Assembly (NCBI GenBank): GCA_023666145.1
Contig: JAMPCO010000004.1
Location: forward strand, 1-62,435
Direction of reading: 5' to 3'
Length of the DNA: 62,435 bases
Source of the DNA: Prevotella sp.
GTDB lineage: Bacteria; Bacillota; Clostridia; Christensenellales; UBA1242
The translations under genes and the position numbers were made by a program. Positions 60,356 through 62,435 of this stretch are shown piece by piece (position 1 is the stretch's first letter; every line of letters starts with the position of its first letter). The notes beneath the pieces were generated by a model. That model saw nothing but the letters and a program-made list of their open reading frames with translations, had not been told where the DNA came from and did no database searches.

Positions 60356-60443
60356 TGGCGGAAGAGACAGGATTTGAACCTGCGTTGGCTTGCACCAAAC
60401 TCGCTTTCCAAGCGAGCGCACTCGACCACTATGCGACTCTTCC
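60356..60443 (-). tRNA. tRNA-Ser(GGA)
   Basis: Long variable arm, anticodon arm CTCGC-TTGGAAA-GCGAG, CCA end. Confidence 0.95.
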
Positions 60444-60505
60444 AAGAACAGTGACAGTTTACTATACTTGCCAAAACATTTCAATTATTTTATACTACCC
60501 CATAC

Positions 60506-60593
60506 GGAAGGTTGGCAGAGTGGTCGATTGCACCTGTCTTGAAAACAGGCGACCTTAACGGGTCCGGGAGTTCAAATCTCTCACCTTCCGCCA
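60506..60593 (+). tRNA. tRNA-Ser(TGA)
   Basis: Long variable arm, anticodon arm CCTGT-CTTGAAA-ACAGG, CCA end; promoter TTGCCA-17-TATACT at 60468-60496. Confidence 0.95.
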
Positions 60594-60601
60594 AACTTTT
60601 T

Positions 60602-61576
60602 TTAACGTTCTTTTTCGTTTTCCTTGGTTTCGGTGCGTATTTTTAAGATGTTCCTTATCGCTTGGCTGGAGAGTTGTGCTTCAGCGTGACTGCGGTTGTA
60701 AAGGGTGCAAAGCCTTTCGCTGGCTCTGAGAATATGATCACAGACCGTACGTTTGGCAATATTAAGTTCTTCGGCAACTTGCTGATTGGTCTTTTTGCCT
60801 GCCGAAAAGAATTTGCACAAAGTAGTCTTTTTTTGTTGCGGGGCTAATTCAGTTGCAATTAAATCCTTTAACACTTGTTTCGTCGCAATTTTTTCTACTG
60901 GCGTCAATTTAGTTTCGACATCTTTTTTCGACACAACCGCTTCGGGATGCGATTTGAAATACAGTTTCCTTAATTTGGTAATCGCCCCCTCGTCAGCCAC
61001 CGTGATACTATAAGGCCAACGCTTAAATTTTTGGGCCAATTCGTCACGCGTCAACACCTTTTCACTAGAAAAATATTTAGCCGTTATAACCTGCTTTTGG
61101 AAAGGCGTTAGTCGGTCAAAGTTTTTTCTTACCCAAGTTAACCGCTGCTCCTTTTCATCTTTTTCGACAAACTCGGCGGCAAAATCGCCACGGGCAACGA
61201 GGTCCTTGTCTTTAATGACATTGGTTTCACTATACTCTTCCAACGAACTGGCTTTGTGCCTGCGTTCTTGCCGCAAGTAACGCAAGATATAACCCCTAAT
61301 CGTTATTGCGGCATAGTTGGCAAAAGGAATGTCTTTTTCCGGCTTAAATGATTTGACCGCATAAAGCAGCCCAGAAAGCCCTTCCGCGAATAAATCGTCG
61401 CGGGTAAGCGTGAATTCTCGATCGGGATAGTATCTTTTCGCCACGTGTGCCACCAAAGGTACATTGTTTTCGACAATTTTAGCAACAAGCCGTTGATAGT
61501 CTGGGGAGTTTTCCGAATATTTTTTCAGTTCGGCGAATAATTCATTATTTTGTTTGACAATTTCTGCACTTTCCAT
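60602..61576 (-). CDS. Sigma-70 family sigma factor with region 2 and two region-4-like HTH domains
   Basis: NVPLVAHVAKRY, DDLFAEG..GL..AV..F, FANYA...IRGYI.RYLR; LTPFQKQVI...TRDELA and LAPQQK...TNQQVAEELNI. Confidence 0.75.
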   Translation of the reverse strand: MESAEIVKQNNELFAELKKYSENSPDYQRLVAKIVENNVPLVAHVAKRYYPDREFTLTRDDLFAEGLSGLLYAVKSFKPEKDIPFANYAAITIRGYILRYLRQERRHKASSLEEYSETNVIKDKDLVARGDFAAEFVEKDEKEQRLTWVRKNFDRLTPFQKQVITAKYFSSEKVLTRDELAQKFKRWPYSITVADEGAITKLRKLYFKSHPEAVVSKKDVETKLTPVEKIATKQVLKDLIATELAPQQKKTTLCKFFSAGKKTNQQVAEELNIAKRTVCDHILRASERLCTLYNRSHAEAQLSSQAIRNILKIRTETKENEKER

Positions 61577-61628
61577 CGCTCCCATTATAAAACAAATACT
61601 ACCCAAAGTCCATAGTACTTGGAAAAAT

Positions 61629-61653
61629 AAACCCCGCACACGACGGGGTTTTT
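61629..61653 (-). terminator. Terminator after module B
   Basis: AACCCCG-cacacga-CGGGGTT flanked by A/T runs. Confidence 0.75.
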
Positions 61654-61663
61654 AATTAAGCAA

Positions 61664-61975
61664 TTATTGTTGTTTTTCTTCGCCCATCATCAGTCGGGAA
61701 AATTCGGCAATTTTTTCGGGGCTGACGTATTCAACCGCGTGGTATTTTTCACCTTCTAGGTGCGACAGTTTGAAACACTTCAATTTCGCGTTCTTTTGTT
61801 CCGAACTGCATGTCACCACCAAATGGTCTTGCGGGTTAATTTGCTTGTGCGCTAAAATTACTTGTTCACCGCCGTTTAACATGTCTAAGTTGAAACCTTT
61901 CAAATTCCAATCTGATTTTTGCTCCGGTTGTTGTGCTGGTTGTTGTACGTTTTCTAAATTTTCCATGTTTTCCAT
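61664..61975 (-). CDS. Orphan hypothetical protein, module B gene 2
   Basis: SD AAGGAGG; GGEQVILAHK and KLKCFKLS..EG.KY shared with 58992-59435. Confidence 0.7.
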   Translation of the reverse strand: MENMENLENVQQPAQQPEQKSDWNLKGFNLDMLNGGEQVILAHKQINPQDHLVVTCSSEQKNAKLKCFKLSHLEGEKYHAVEYVSPEKIAEFSRLMMGEEKQQ

Positions 61976-61988
61976 AATTTCCTCCTTA

Positions 61989-62435
61989 TTATTGTGCCAC
62001 ACCAACATTTTTCGTCGGTTGTGCATTTTGCGTTAATTGACCTTGTTGCGTTTGTTCTTTTTGGCGTTCCCACAAACGTTTGACAATTTCGGTCGAGAAC
62101 GCTTGAATAGACGCCATATCGTGGTGATTAGTAACTACTCCGACCATATTATAAAACTCGTTCAAATGACTGTTGATGTAGCGTAACGCCATGCGTTCTT
62201 CACCGAAACGTTGCGTCATTTCACCAATCAAGCGATCCAAATCTTTTTCTTTAACGTCGTGCAATTCTATCGTTTGGTGGTCTTTCTCACCGTTAACTAC
62301 TTCTTTTTCTGGGCTGTTCAAATCGTCCAAAAATTCCGTCAAACGGAAATCTTGGTACTTCTGCATTCCCGTCAACAAAATATCCATTTTGCTAGGGTCA
62401 AGCAATTCAAAATTCGCTAAATACGGATCGTTAGC
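61989..62435 (-). CDS. Orphan hypothetical protein, module B gene 1 (5' end outside window)
   Basis: Frame stays open to the window edge (ANDPYLANFELLDPSK...); resembles the C-terminal half of 57988-58992. Confidence 0.6.
   Translation of the reverse strand, partial: ANDPYLANFELLDPSKMDILLTGMQKYQDFRLTEFLDDLNSPEKEVVNGEKDHQTIELHDVKEKDLDRLIGEMTQRFGEERMALRYINSHLNEFYNMVGVVTNHHDMASIQAFSTEIVKRLWERQKEQTQQGQLTQNAQPTKNVGVAQ

Overview
Compact chromosomal window from a spore-forming Firmicute, most likely an uncultured, genome-streamlined member of the Clostridia (inferred from gene content). It carries housekeeping genes (hrcA-grpE-dnaK-dnaJ with CIRCE, rsmH, der, plsY, pnp, valS, nrdDG, a topoisomerase II pair, thyX, pyrG, asnS, archaeal-type aspS, 5 tRNAs) interleaved with sporulation genes (spoVD, spoVAC/D/E, spoIVA, intact sigK, ftsK/spoIIIE, gpr, a receiver-less Spo0A). 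The main discovery candidate is a ~5.7 kb phage head and DNA-packaging module (terminase, portal, scaffold, capsid, three small or neck-like genes, and a 35-aa amphipathic peptide) between sigK and pnp. No integrase, replication, tape-measure or endolysin gene is visible, so it looks like a domesticated gene-transfer-agent-like system. Other oddities: pervasive leaderless gene starts (sigA-type and apparent sporulation-sigma promoters), a ValRS with swapped segments in its anticodon-binding bundle, a ParC/GyrA with a ~320-aa acidic N-terminal extension, degenerate GroEL and IlvD homologs, a mini-MetK, a sigma factor with two sigma4 domains, and an inverted pair of paralogous orphan two-gene modules. 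All calls come from reading motifs by eye; no database searches were run.
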